The notes: generated from the sequence alone by a model not told the origin. Counted from the first letter of the stretch, positions 8,921-19,461 are shown. The stretch is 64,000 nucleotides of DNA from Thermoanaerobaculia bacterium (GCA_963664405.1 OY761158.1:384001-448000), one strand, 5' to 3'. A program made the numbers and translations.

Positions 8921-10483
8921 TTAGGTCCGTCGCGAAAGGCCAGACCTGGAAGCAGAATGACCGACAGCGACGAGGAACATCACGCTCTTGCCCTCGGCAT
9001 GCGGAGAGAAGAATCCGACGACCTCCTCATCGAGGAAGGTGAGGCCGGTAGCACCGAAGCGCTGAGCGTACGCCGCCAGGTACAAGCGTCCTCCTCGGAT
9101 ACCGCCCTCCAGCTGAGCGGCGCGATAGCCACGATTGCCCCACGTTTTCAAGACCCGGTCGAGATCGGTGAGGCAGTAAATATTTGCTGCGGCGTCTGCG
9201 GGCAGCTCTTGAAACAGTCCAAGTCTTCCAGCAGCGTTGCGGAAATCTCCTTCGCGCAGCAGCTCCAGCGAGGCGGCCTCCCGTTGGTAGTAATAGGCAC
9301 CCGCCGGCAATTGCTCCACCGCGTGGACGATCAGGTAGAAATCGATGAGCGGCTCACTCCCGCACGCGAGGAAGTCGGCGGCAAGCTCGCTGCTGGCTCT
9401 ATCGAGAAGGGTGGCAAGCTGCTCAAGCGAGATCGAGGCCTCTCGTTCGAAGGCCCGTGTCGAGCCACGGCGTCGGATGATGGCCTCGATCGACTCGGAC
9501 GGAGCCTCCTGGTTCGCCAGGGGCTCGAGCGAGTACACGCGCCCTTCTACCGTTGGGGACCTGTCATCCCGGGCCGCCTGTCGCCAAGCGGCGGCCTCGG
9601 CACCCGACTCGAGCGACGATGCTGCATGCATCTGACGAATGGCAGGGTAATCGACTTCGGTTGGCGAGAGCGGAGCCGTTTCGAAGTGAATCTCGGGAAC
9701 GTCGCGAAGCGGAGGCGCGTCGGCTTCGCTCCATCCCAGGGGCACAAGCGTGAGGGCCCCCTCCTTCTTCGGGTCGAGCCCTAGCAGATGTTCCACCGGA
9801 CGGTCTGCGAAACCGATCACGACTCGTGGTGCGAGGCCCTCTGCCCCTGCTACAGCCAGGAAATTCGCGTGAAGGGTACCGGCGTCCCAGAAACAGTGGC
9901 GGTAAGCTCTCGCTTGATACTTCCAGGAATTGCGCCAGTAGGTGGACACGGACACGACGATCACCGGTGCATGTGCCAGCGCAGGCTCCTGACCACTGGC
10001 ATCGATGAGAACGGCGCGGTGATCGCCCTCTCTCAGCCGCCTCAGGGCGAAGTCATGCGGCCCGAAATGGTAGACGCCGGCGGGCAGGTCGGGAAGATCT
10101 TCGCAGACGAGATAGAGATCGATGTGATAGAGGGCCCCCGTGTTGGGATGGGCCCGGAAGGAAATCACACCACCCGGGTAGGGCTTCTGCTTGGTAATGC
10201 CAGCCGACAAGTAGAGAACTCGGGAGAGACCGCAAAGATCAGGGATCTTCTCCCGACTGTCCTCCCGGGCCGACCCTTCGGAGTTAGAGATCGCCTCGAG
10301 CGCGGGTACCTCGAGCGTCGAGCGTTCCCCTACGAGGGGAATAGGCTGGAGGGTGGTGTAGATCTTGAGCGGCTGCGGCTGGTTGTCGTAGTCCAGGTAG
10401 TGAGGGCTCTCTAAGAGCCTTCGCTCATTGTGCTGAGTCGCCTCGTGGTATGTGTATGCGGCCTCGATGTCTCGGTTGCGCAT
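8921..10483 (-). CDS. SagB/ThcOx-type tandem nitroreductase-fold flavoprotein
   Basis: YHEAT N-terminus, RAHPNTGALY, WKYQARAYRHCFWDAG, second domain IRRRGSTRAF..RGYRAAQLEGG. Confidence 0.88.
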   Translation of the reverse strand: MRNRDIEAAYTYHEATQHNERRLLESPHYLDYDNQPQPLKIYTTLQPIPLVGERSTLEVPALEAISNSEGSAREDSREKIPDLCGLSRVLYLSAGITKQKPYPGGVISFRAHPNTGALYHIDLYLVCEDLPDLPAGVYHFGPHDFALRRLREGDHRAVLIDASGQEPALAHAPVIVVSVSTYWRNSWKYQARAYRHCFWDAGTLHANFLAVAGAEGLAPRVVIGFADRPVEHLLGLDPKKEGALTLVPLGWSEADAPPLRDVPEIHFETAPLSPTEVDYPAIRQMHAASSLESGAEAAAWRQAARDDRSPTVEGRVYSLEPLANQEAPSESIEAIIRRRGSTRAFEREASISLEQLATLLDRASSELAADFLACGSEPLIDFYLIVHAVEQLPAGAYYYQREAASLELLREGDFRNAAGRLGLFQELPADAAANIYCLTDLDRVLKTWGNRGYRAAQLEGGIRGGRLYLAAYAQRFGATGLTFLDEEVVGFFSPHAEGKSVMFLVAVGHSASRSGLSRRT

Positions 10484-10504
10484 CGGAAGGGGGTTCTCCC
10501 GGTT

Positions 10505-10816
10505 CTAAGGGATCTCCACTTGGATGCCCTCCTCGTCCACTTTCACCTCGTAGCATGCCACCTCCTGCGGTGCGGGAGGGCTGAGGTTCTTCCCGGTGCA
10601 CAGGTCAAAACTCGCTCCGTGCCACGGGCAGGTGACGGTCGTCCCATCGAGTGAGCCTTCGGAGAGCGGGCCTCCTCTGTGAGTGCATTTTCCGCCGATG
10701 ACATAGAACACCCCATCCACGTTAAAAAGGGCGATCTCTTGGCCCCCGACCTCAACAGCCTTGCCCTGTCCATGGGCGAGGTCATTCGCTTCCGCTACCT
10801 TGTGAAAAGTTCCCAC
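10505..10816 (-). CDS. Rieske [2Fe-2S] ferredoxin
   Basis: CTH and CPWH Rieske motifs. Confidence 0.92.
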   Translation of the reverse strand: MGTFHKVAEANDLAHGQGKAVEVGGQEIALFNVDGVFYVIGGKCTHRGGPLSEGSLDGTTVTCPWHGASFDLCTGKNLSPPAPQEVACYEVKVDEEGIQVEIP

Positions 10817-10954
10817 AGAATGCCTCCTTTGAGCGAGTAGTAACCGACACTATCGATGGAGTTTCCAGCCTGGTCGGCTCCGGAAGACCCCGATCGCCTT
10901 GACCCCTTGTTTCTAGGTCCTAGAAGGGATTCCCGTTGAGAGCCATCCGATGGC

Positions 10955-11206
10955 TCATGGAGCTTCGATGTCGAAGGCTACGTAGTTCTTGGCGATCCAG
11001 GACTGCCACTTTTCGGGAACGTCCTCCTCGGTGACGATGGCTTCCACTGGGCAGGCATCGATGCAGAGTCCGCAGTCGATGCACTCTTCCGGGTGGATGA
11101 GCAGCGTATCCCACTCGTCTCTGTCGTAGATGCAATCCACCGGGCAGACCTCGACACAGGCCGTATCTTTGACGCCGACGCAGGGCTCCATAATGATGTG
11201 AGTCAA
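10955..11206 (-). CDS. Dicluster (7Fe-type) ferredoxin
   Basis: CVGVKDTACVEVCPVDC and CIDCGLCIDACP; AAGGAG RBS before TTG. Confidence 0.92.
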   Translation of the reverse strand: MTHIIMEPCVGVKDTACVEVCPVDCIYDRDEWDTLLIHPEECIDCGLCIDACPVEAIVTEEDVPEKWQSWIAKNYVAFDIEAP

Positions 11207-11280
11207 ATCGAGCTCCTTTATCCTTGCTCACTGCCTAAAAGAAGGGCAGAACCTCTCCCTCCTTTCGCAGGTCTCAGTGG

Positions 11281-11401
11281 GCTATTGTCAACTTGAGCCG
11301 GAGTGCCTATGGAGCCCCACTAGATGTAGCGGTCTAAGTTCCCGGTGAACTACACCATATGGTAGTCCGAGTCGGCACCAGGAACTCAAGTTGACAGTAC
11401 C
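11281..11401. mobile_element. 121-bp MITE-like element
   Basis: Inverted repeats GCTATTGTCAACTTGAG (11281-11297) and CTCAAGTTGACAGTACC (11385-11401), 15/17 match; no ORF. Confidence 0.65.
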
Positions 11402-11818
11402 ATCTTCACTATCAGCCGCTTGATCTCTTTGAGAATGCCTGGGCGCCCCGTACGCCTGGCCCTCAAACGTCCACTTCAGGGCGATCAATCGTCGATGCCA
11501 CCGCATGAGGGTGTCGGGAGTGACGATGGTCGCTACTTGGTTGAGCGCCTGGCGCCCGATTCTCTTTCCCTTTGCGGCGAGTCGTCGACGCTGATCGTCG
11601 TTCAGGCGAAGGCGGCTTCCACTGAGCTGCTCTTTCAGCACCCGGTTCTCTTCGACAAGGTATTCCAGCACCTCCTGCTGATGGCGGTTGATCCAGGCAG
11701 CGAGAGAGATTAGGAGCAGGTGAGCGGGGTACAGGACGGCTCTCATTCCGAGATTCTAGCTGCCATCAAAACACGAAGTGGCAGGCACTTACGGCGCGGC
11801 GGACTTTTCGGACAGGAC
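11400..11818 (-). mobile_element. Truncated inverted second copy of the 7414 IS (left end + transposase 5' part)
   Basis: Near-identical reverse complement of about 7414-7830; broken off at the 121-bp element. Confidence 0.88.
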
Positions 11819-11881
11819 GCCCTCGACACCGGCTACCTCCGGTACCTTGGAACTTTCATCCGCGACAGCAGCCAAGACCCA

Positions 11882-11932
11882 GACCATCATTTACTGTGAT
11901 CAGCCCGCCATCGATTACCGTGATCACTCTCA
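11882..11932. mobile_element. Orphan IS21-like terminal repeat
   Basis: ..CCGCCATCGATTACCGTGATCACTCTCA closely matches the element end at 27363-27413. Confidence 0.65.
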
Positions 11933-12184
11933 CCTGGATACTGCTGGTGGCCAAAGATCATTTCCTTCTTGGGATACGATCCGATTCCAACCTCAGACAT
12001 GCCGAGCCGATTGAAGACGGTTCGAAGAAGGCTAGGTATCTCGCAGAAGAAGCTCGCGAGCATCCTCGACGTTGATCCCGGGACCGTCCGGAAGTGGGAG
12101 GATGGAAAAGGCGTGCCGATGACGTGGCGTGGTGATGCGCTCGCAGACCTGTTTGAGCAGGTAGGGCTCACGCAGCCTCACTGA
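11933..12184 (+). pseudogene. XRE/Cro HTH protein, 5'-truncated (copy 1)
   Basis: WWPKIISFLGYDP..RLKTVRRRLGISQKKLASILDVDPGTVRKWEDG; begins right at an IS end. Confidence 0.65.
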
Positions 12185-12326
12185 TTCTTGCCCGGAGGCC
12201 TGCGGCGCAGACTTGGCTCCTAACATGATGTGGGTTTCGGTCGCTTCGCGTCGGAAAGAGTGATGACGGCCTGCCCTCGCTCCTAGAATGACCAGGGGGA
12301 TCCTAAGGGTCGGCGCGGAAATAACT

Positions 12327-13088
12327 TCACATTATCGCCGGAGCGTGTGAGGCCGAGGCGCCACAGGGCGGTCGCTGCATTGGAGGTGGTGGTGAGCTGA
12401 GCCCAGGCTGTGGGGCAAGCTCTTCCTGCTCGGTTCGCGGTCTCGGCGAGAGGGTGTAGTTCCACTTTCCTAGGAAGTCGCTCCTGGCCACCGCGAGCTG
12501 CAGCATTTCCTTGTCCGATACCCTGACTCCTTTCTGGTATTGGCGTTGATCACGGCACGGCTCGACGCGCAGTCCGGTGGATGTCGTCGTGTTGCGGACG
12601 AGGTTGACGAGGATCTCGAAACTCTCGAGAGGAACTCCGGCCCAGTTCTTGCTGATCTCGCTGAACATCCTGTGCTCGATGGGATTCCATTTACTGGTGC
12701 CAGTTGGATAGTGGGCGACGGTGATGATGAGGCCGCACTTGTCTACGAGCTTCTCCTGGAGGTACTTCTTCCAGGCTCGAAGCCGTGCGCCGTTGCTTGC
12801 GCCGCTGTCGGCAAGAATGAGGAGACGCTGAGACGCCGGATAGTGAGATCGACCGTATTTGAGCCACCAGGTCGCGATGCTGTTGACAGCGAACTCCGGC
12901 GTGTCCGACGACTGTCCGAGGACGAGAACGCCGAAGTTCCTCTGAAGATCGTAGATCCCATAGGGGGAGGCGATGGCGAGAGCTTCGGACCGGAAGTCGT
13001 GATCCTTGACCCGCTTGGCCTCGCGGCACCATGTCTGTCCCTGGTTCTTGAACCGACCGATCAGCTCCTTCTTCTTCGTATCGACGCT
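12327..13088 (-). pseudogene. ISAzo13 transposase C-terminal part
   Basis: DTKKKELIG, DHDF, LLILADSGASNG, HYPTGTSKWNPIEHRMFSEIS. Confidence 0.9.
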
Positions 13089-13100
13089 TGTTATCGGCGG

Positions 13101-13454
13101 TCATAAAGTGCGGGATTCCGGCTGTGTAGTGGCGCTTTTGGTTTCATCCTCCTCGAGAAGGGACCGGTGCCGAAGGAGGATGTAGCGGACGTATTGAGGG
13201 TCGAGCTCGTCGTTGGTCAGGGCTCGATGTACGGAGCGGTAGTAGGCAAGTGAGTGAATCTGCGGCAGCGGATCGGTGCTGAGGCGCCGTCGCAAGGTGG
13301 CGAGTCGAATGGCATGGGCAAGCTCTTCGAGGGGGACGTTGGCTTGATAGAGCTTGTCGGCGATGGCCCAGTCTCGGCGCCGAGGTCTAGGCGGGGTTTT
13401 AGGAGCGTCGAGGTAGAGGCGGATGAGCTCGGCGCGATACTCCTGTCGGATCAC
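13101..13454 (-). CDS. IS21-associated accessory protein (ORF4)
   Basis: GTG overlaps the istB TGA; a diverged second copy of its C-terminus at about 26291-26395 keeps the frame. Confidence 0.7.
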   Translation of the reverse strand: MIRQEYRAELIRLYLDAPKTPPRPRRRDWAIADKLYQANVPLEELAHAIRLATLRRRLSTDPLPQIHSLAYYRSVHRALTNDELDPQYVRYILLRHRSLLEEDETKSATTQPESRTL

Positions 13455-14224
13455 GAGGTCTTCGCACTGCGCCGTCGAGGGCGAGTGCCGCTTCGGCGGG
13501 CCGAAGCGCGCTTCTTGGCGTGCTCCTTGGACTCCTTGAGCCGATAGGAATCGCCCTCGATGTTGACGAGCTCGCAGCGATGGACGAGGCGATCGACGAT
13601 GGTGACGACGGTAGTAGCGTTGGGGAAGACCTCTCCCCATTCTCCAAAGGACTTGTTTGTGGTGATGAGAAGGGACTTATTTTCGTACCTGCGGGAAACG
13701 ACCTCGAAAAGTAGATCGGCGTGGCGCGTGTCGTAGGACAGATATCCGAGCTCGTCAATGCAGAGCAGGGATGGGCGCGCAAAGAGCGCGAGCTTGCGCT
13801 GAAGGCTGGTCGAGGAGTCTTGTTCGGCGAGGGTGTTGAGCAGCTCCGAGGCGGTGAGGAATCGGGCGGTGGCTCCACGTAGTACGGCTTGATGGGCGAG
13901 ATTCTTGGCAATGAGCGTCTTGCCGATGCCGTTTGGCCCTATCAAGACAGCGTTGTGCCCTCGGGCGAGCCACTCGAGCCGAAAGAGATCTTCGATCTGC
14001 TCGCGGTCGATCTTCTTGGGCCAATTCCAGTCGAAGTCGGCCAGCGGCTTGAAGGTGCCGAGCCGGGCCCGACCCAGGCGTCGCTCCAGTCCGCGACGGG
14101 CTCGCTCCTGCTCTTCCCAGTCGAGCAGGTCGGGGAGCCAGGGTTGGTTGGCGACCTCATCCCAGTGGGCTAGGAGGCCATGGAGTTTCAGGGCTGTGGC
14201 ACGCTCTTGGTCGGTGTTGTTCAT
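13451..14224 (-). CDS. istB: IS21 helper AAA+ ATPase
   Basis: Walker A GPNGIGKT, Walker B LCIDELGY, ITTNK, VDRLVH, GDSYR. Confidence 0.95.
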   Translation of the reverse strand: MNNTDQERATALKLHGLLAHWDEVANQPWLPDLLDWEEQERARRGLERRLGRARLGTFKPLADFDWNWPKKIDREQIEDLFRLEWLARGHNAVLIGPNGIGKTLIAKNLAHQAVLRGATARFLTASELLNTLAEQDSSTSLQRKLALFARPSLLCIDELGYLSYDTRHADLLFEVVSRRYENKSLLITTNKSFGEWGEVFPNATTVVTIVDRLVHRCELVNIEGDSYRLKESKEHAKKRASARRSGTRPRRRSAKTS

Positions 14225-15720
14225 TCGTCGTCCTCCTCGTCGTTGGGGTTGTCGTAGTCGGCCAGTGCATGGGGAGTGACCGTGAGCTCCCGGATCCTGG
14301 GATCGTCGGGGAGCTGGACAGGCAGCGCGGGTAGGAGTCCCCGCTCGTGGCGCCGACGATCGAGGATGAGTCGCACCGCTTCGGGATGCGGGGATCCTTT
14401 TTCGAGGGCCTCGTCGATCGCCACTGCAAGCTCCCTGGGTCCACTCTCGGCAAGGAGCTCGAGGAGTCTGGCGACGGCACTCGAGAGTCGTCTCTGCCGT
14501 CGGGCCAGCTCCCGCAGGAGCTCTTCGGCCTGGGGCACCGTACGCAGCAGGTAGTCCTGGCCGCGCTGTGTACGTGCCTCGCGTTTCTGTCGTTCCAGCT
14601 CTTCTAGGTGACGGGGGTCTTCGATGATCTGGCCCTTGTCCCAGGACCTTGTGTGCTCGGCGATGAGCTGCTCGCGATCGAAGATGCGCACACGCTCCGG
14701 GTCTGCGGCGATCTGTAGCGAGCGGGCGATGCGATCATGCGGGATCGAGTAGCGATTCGCATCGAAGCTCAGGTAAGGAGTGCGCCGCGTGATCCGCTCG
14801 ACCCATTCGTGGCAGGGGAAAGGCTGCGCCGGAAGGCTCACGAGATGAGAGCGCTCCTCGAGATAGGCCTGCTCGACGGTGCGACGCCGGTCCTGGGGCC
14901 ACGGGCGCTTCATCGCTCGGTCGCGACACCACTCCAGAGCGTCCCGGTTCAGCGCTTCTCTGTCCCAGGTGCGACGCAGCGGAAAGAAGGAAGTTCTGAC
15001 AAAACGAATGGCTCGTTCGACGCGACCTTTTTCATTTCCTCGTCTGGGAGCAACGGGCCTTGGATCAAAGCCGTAGAAGTCGGCGAGCTCGAGAAGCCGT
15101 GGATGAAAGCGAATGGCGCTGCGGCGCCGCTCGAGCACAGCGCTGCGCAGATTGTCGTAGAGGTGGATCTTGGCCAGACCCTCAAAGAAGGAGAAGGCGA
15201 GGACATGCCCGGTCAGGAAGCTCGGCAGACGAGCGTCGTAGAAGAAGTGCAGAAAGAGAGCTCGCGAGTAGCTCAGCACCATGACGAAGGCGTAGAGACG
15301 GCGCTCTCCGCCATCGACCTTTCGGGTGCCGAAGTGAGCCCAGTCCACCTGGGCCTGTTCGCCGGCAAGCGTACGGAGCACAAAGAAAGCCTCAGGCGCC
15401 TTGCGGGGGCGCAGGCCGAGCTCGGCAATGCAGTGGCGGAAGTGATCCTCCCCACCGGGATAGTCACGCTTCTTGACCATCTCGTAGAGCACGCTCGCCG
15501 GCAGCTCCGGGTAGCGCTCAAAGACTTCCTGGATGAAGGGGACGAAGCGATCGACCATGGACGCTCGTCGCGGCGATCGAGGCCGGCTCAGCCCTTCGCG
15601 TCGAAGGACTCGAGTGACCGTCGAGTGATGGATTCCCAGATGGCGGGCGATCGTGTTGCGCCGCCAGCCCTCCGACTCATAGAGACGGCGGATCTCGGCG
15701 GCGAGCTCGGGAGAGATCAT
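14221..15720 (-). CDS. istA: IS21 transposase
   Basis: N-terminal HTH, GEQAQVDW, LSYSR, LYDNL, KGRVERAI; ATGA overlap with istB. Confidence 0.93.
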   Translation of the reverse strand: MISPELAAEIRRLYESEGWRRNTIARHLGIHHSTVTRVLRREGLSRPRSPRRASMVDRFVPFIQEVFERYPELPASVLYEMVKKRDYPGGEDHFRHCIAELGLRPRKAPEAFFVLRTLAGEQAQVDWAHFGTRKVDGGERRLYAFVMVLSYSRALFLHFFYDARLPSFLTGHVLAFSFFEGLAKIHLYDNLRSAVLERRRSAIRFHPRLLELADFYGFDPRPVAPRRGNEKGRVERAIRFVRTSFFPLRRTWDREALNRDALEWCRDRAMKRPWPQDRRRTVEQAYLEERSHLVSLPAQPFPCHEWVERITRRTPYLSFDANRYSIPHDRIARSLQIAADPERVRIFDREQLIAEHTRSWDKGQIIEDPRHLEELERQKREARTQRGQDYLLRTVPQAEELLRELARRQRRLSSAVARLLELLAESGPRELAVAIDEALEKGSPHPEAVRLILDRRRHERGLLPALPVQLPDDPRIRELTVTPHALADYDNPNDEEDDE

Positions 15721-16201
15721 CCCGCGCCCGCCTGCGCACCGGGCGTACTCGGCGCGATCGCAAGAAGTCGTGGCGGACAATCGGCTCGCAAGGATGGCGG
15801 CACAGCCTGCAGAGAAGCTCCTCGTTCCGACCTCCAACGGACAAGCCTTGCAAAAACAACGGAAGCGGCGCGGTGGGCCATGACGCCACCGTCGCAGGGC
15901 AGCCCCCGGTGCGGCAACTGTGATGCGTCACTTTCTTTGAGCCTTGCTGCTTGCGATCTCGATAGGCCTGCTGACGACGAGCATGCAAGCGGCGCCCTCG
16001 CGGCGTCTGCTGATAGCGACGCCCGGCCCCGCGAAGGCTGTGGCGCCGAGCCTCATCCCGGCACTCCGGCGTGCAATAACGATGGCCGCGATCGCACCAA
16101 GAGCAAATGTAGACAGCTTGCCGGCAACGATCGCAAACGAAACGGCGACAATCGGGACGGCGGCGCACGGCCCAGGCCTCCTTCGGCCTGGACTTCGCCA
16201 C
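15677..16201 (-). CDS. IS21-associated Cys-rich putative zinc-binding protein (ORF1)
   Basis: CDRC..CSWCDRGHRYCTPEC and CRLC..C motifs; inside the element, overlapping the istA start. Confidence 0.7.
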   Translation of the reverse strand: MAKSRPKEAWAVRRRPDCRRFVCDRCRQAVYICSWCDRGHRYCTPECRDEARRHSLRGAGRRYQQTPRGRRLHARRQQAYRDRKQQGSKKVTHHSCRTGGCPATVASWPTAPLPLFLQGLSVGGRNEELLCRLCRHPCEPIVRHDFLRSRRVRPVRRRARDDLSRARRRDPPSL

Positions 16202-16414
16202 CCGCAGGCGGAATACTCCCTCTTCTGGGGCGTCATACCCCAGGCCTTCCGGCGGTGGGCGGTCACCTTGCTTGGAGTCGCCCCCGCCGGTCTCCCCATA
16301 CTCCCACCTGCCACGCTGCTCGCGCGCTCGCGCGCGACGATGATGCTGAAGAGACTCTCAGCAGGAAACGCGGTCAGAAAGCCGGGATCGCGCGCTTCTT
16401 AAGCGCCGTTGACA

Positions 16415-17486
16415 ACGCTGATGATCGGGTCGCCAGCGCTTGTGAAATCCTCGCGCAGTCGCTTGATGGCCTTGAACTGTGCATCACGATCTGGGGAGTT
16501 CCCCGAAGACAGACATTTCCTATTGCTCTTGAGGGAATAGTTCAGGTCTGCGAGCAATCGACGCACCACCGTAGCCGATACGATGATGTCAAGGCGTTCG
16601 GCAAGGCATTGGGCCACCTTTGCAGCGGTCTCGTGCGTCCATCTTTTTGATGACATGGGATCACCAGCTATATCGGCCTCGAGTATGGAATGGATTCCAT
16701 CGACTATCTCGGGCGTTTTTTTTCCACTCGTTGGTTGCCACCGCCTGCTCTTCGAACTCTTCCGCGCTCCACGGAGCCGCCGAAGAGCTCGCGACGTCCT
16801 TTTGCGACTGTATGAGGGTCCAGGTCCAGAAGATCGGCGATCTTCCGGTCGCCGCCATGCCCGAGCTTGGTCGCTTCCAGGCCAGCGAAGAGCCGCCGCT
16901 GGCGTTCGTCTAGCAGGCTGAAGAATAAAACGATGGCAGCCCTGAGCTCCTCGGGGAGCACTTCTGGAACGAGGCTGGCAGCTACATCCTGGAGAGCCTG
17001 CCGTTCGTTGCGCATCAGCTTCTGCTGACGACGGCGCCCTGTTTCCGAGCACAAGTATACGAACCTCTTCCCAACTCTGGATCGTACGATTCTCTTGCGA
17101 CGAACGAGGTGCAACATCGCGTGCTTGACCTCGACCTGCAGCAGGAGCTCGAGTTCAGAAGCCGTATAGCCGGCAGCGGACCGGTCCACGGCAGCCACCG
17201 CAGTTTCGAGGAGGCTGCCATGCCGACTGAACCTCGCCGAACCGCACGACCACAAACCCAGATCGTCGAAATCGGGAATCTCGTTCAAGGTATAGAACCG
17301 CCCTCGATCCGAGTAGCTGGCCAAATAGCCCAATCGAGACAGCGAACGGTAGACCGTCATGGTGGCTCGGGTTCCCATGGCGTCCTTGAGCTCATCCATG
17401 GTGGCCATCTGTTCGCTCATCAAGAGCTCGCGCACTGTTGCATCACGATCTTCGGCTCGTACCATTTGGTATAGTTCCCCTTCCAA
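16415..17486 (-). pseudogene. ISAzo13 transposase N-terminal part with -1 frameshift site
   Basis: LDERQRRLFAGLEA..GRVRRAGGG, then an A8 run (T 16716-16723), then AGDPMS..YSLKSNRK..DRDAQF..PIISV. Confidence 0.88.
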
Positions 17487-19461
17487 AAGAGGTGACAGGG
17501 AAAACTATACCAAATGCGGGCAGGGCTATGCTAGCTCTAAACCTTGCAAACAAGGCGCGTACCGGAGGATTATGCGGTGGCTGAAGAAGGGGGCAGTGGT
17601 ATGGTCACCCCAGATACTGGAAACTTATTTCCGCGCCGACCCTAAGCGTATTCAGGGTCTTGCATTCGGGCGGTTAGGACTCATTAGCATGTTGGCAGGG
17701 CCGGGCGCCGGAGTGGGGCTTGTGAACTCTACGTGCACGTGGAACAGCTCGGTGTTTCCGCACCGTATCAGCTCCCGCCACTCGATCTCCGAGCCAAGCT
17801 CGCGTGACGTCAGCGTCGCCCACTTCGTGGCGGGGCGCTTTCTTCTTGGGCAGCGCTGCACTTCCCGCCACCTCCACATCCTTGTATCCATAGGCGGCCT
17901 TCCTGAGGCACAGTAATGCGAAACGCCGAACAGCCCGATGACGTGCCCATGCTACGCCCTATGGCACCGCCCGGCCTATCGCTTGGGGCCGGTGCTACAC
18001 TGGCATCCACTTTGGGTCTTGTTCTCCTCGCCTTCGTCTATCTCGCCACCGTCCTCGTCCTCACCGCGGCTCTACGACTCTCCGGGACTCAGCTCTCCAC
18101 GCCGCACGCGCTCATTCTCGGCGCCCTTCCCCTAGCTTTCACGTTTCAGGGCTTTCTGCCAGGCCGCACACTCTCGCCGACCCCCCTGCTCCTCGGTGTC
18201 GCTCCGTGGGCGGAGGAAAGTGCGGTGGCGGCAGCAGAGGCCCGATCCTCCCCCCGCAACCCCCTTCTCTTAGATCCCATGAGCCAGATGATCCCCTGGC
18301 GGCGTGCCGCCAGGGACGATCTCCTATTCAACCCAGCACAGGGGGGCGGGGCGGCGTTGCTCGGCAACGCTCAGTCCGCGCTGCTCTTCCCCAGCGAGCT
18401 GGTAAGCCGCTTGTTGACGCCGTTCCGCGCAGTCACCTACAGCCAAGCAGCGCGCCTCCTGATCGCCGCTTTCGGCATGTTTCTTCTCGCGAGTAACCTT
18501 GACTTTTCTCCCTTGTCCGCCCTAATTGGCGCGACGGTCTTTGTCTCTTCGGGTTTCCTGCAGCTTTGGCGGCTCCACCCACATTCGCTTGTGGCAGCGA
18601 TGCTACCCTGGGTTCTTGCGGCCGGCGTGGCTCTGTGGCGGAAGCCGGGGCCGCGGACAGCCGTTCTCCTTGCCCTTGCCGGCACTACGGCATTCTTCGG
18701 TGGGCACCCCGAGACCCTTCTTCATGGGCTCCTCTTCGCCGCTGTGACGGTCCCACTGCTCGCCACCTGGCGGCCCCGGGTCGGTTCGGCGTCAGATGAG
18801 GATAGCCACCGCTGCCGAAAGCGCTCGGCGTGGAGCGCAGCTTCTTGCGCGTTGGCAGTGTTGATGGCCGCGCCGGCCTTGCTCGCAGTGGTGGAGAATC
18901 TGCGCGTATCGGCAGAGTGGGAGCTTCAGCGGGAAGCACGACGTGCCCAGATCGAGGTGCCGTTGCAATCGGCTCTCGAGCGCCTACGCCCCGTCGCGGC
19001 GCTCTTGGCCCTCGGTGATCCGTTGGACGAAAGCTTTGCTGGGCCCGACAACCTGGCCGAACTTGGCGGAGGCGCCCTCGGCGCTGGCGCCCTGACCCTC
19101 GTCCTCGTCGGCTGTGTCGGCAACCGCTGGCGCCACGGTGCCTCGCTAGCGCTGGTGGGAGCGGCAGGCCTCCTCTTCGCCGTCCACATGCCGCTGGTGA
19201 GCGCACCCCTGGCCTGGGTGCCGCTGCTACGGGACACTCTTCTCAAGCGCCTATGCTTGTGGTGGGTCGTGGCCGGTTCCCTGCTGGCCGCCGCTGGTGT
19301 CGATAAAGTCAGGAGATCGCAGTCCGGCTGGTCAATACTGGCAGTACCCGGTGCCTCCCTTCTCATTACTGCCATCGTTGTCCTGGCCAGCTCGGAGACC
19401 TCCAGCGTAATCAAGCGCCGGATCTGGGTCATCGAGGGAGGCGGCGTTCTTCTCGCGCTAG

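Larger units (their letters stand above)
13089..16414 (-). mobile_element. IS21-family element with four ORFs
   Basis: TG..CA ends (TGTTATCGGCGG / TGTCAACGGCGC); 5-bp duplication ACGCT at 13084-13088 and 16415-16419; removal restores IISV-DTKKK in frame. Confidence 0.93.
12307..17642 (-). mobile_element. ISAzo13-family element interrupted by IS21
   Basis: Perfect 18-bp TIRs GGGTCGGCGCGGAAATAA (12307-12324, 17625-17642); TAA duplication at 12304-12306 and 17643-17645. Confidence 0.92.

Noticed and set aside
8921-10483. Azole RiPP cluster
   Set aside because: No YcaO, precursor peptide or transporter in the window
14737-16650. 637-aa plus-strand ORF
   Set aside because: Antisense shadow of istA/ORF1; it crosses the IS21 boundary and has no motif
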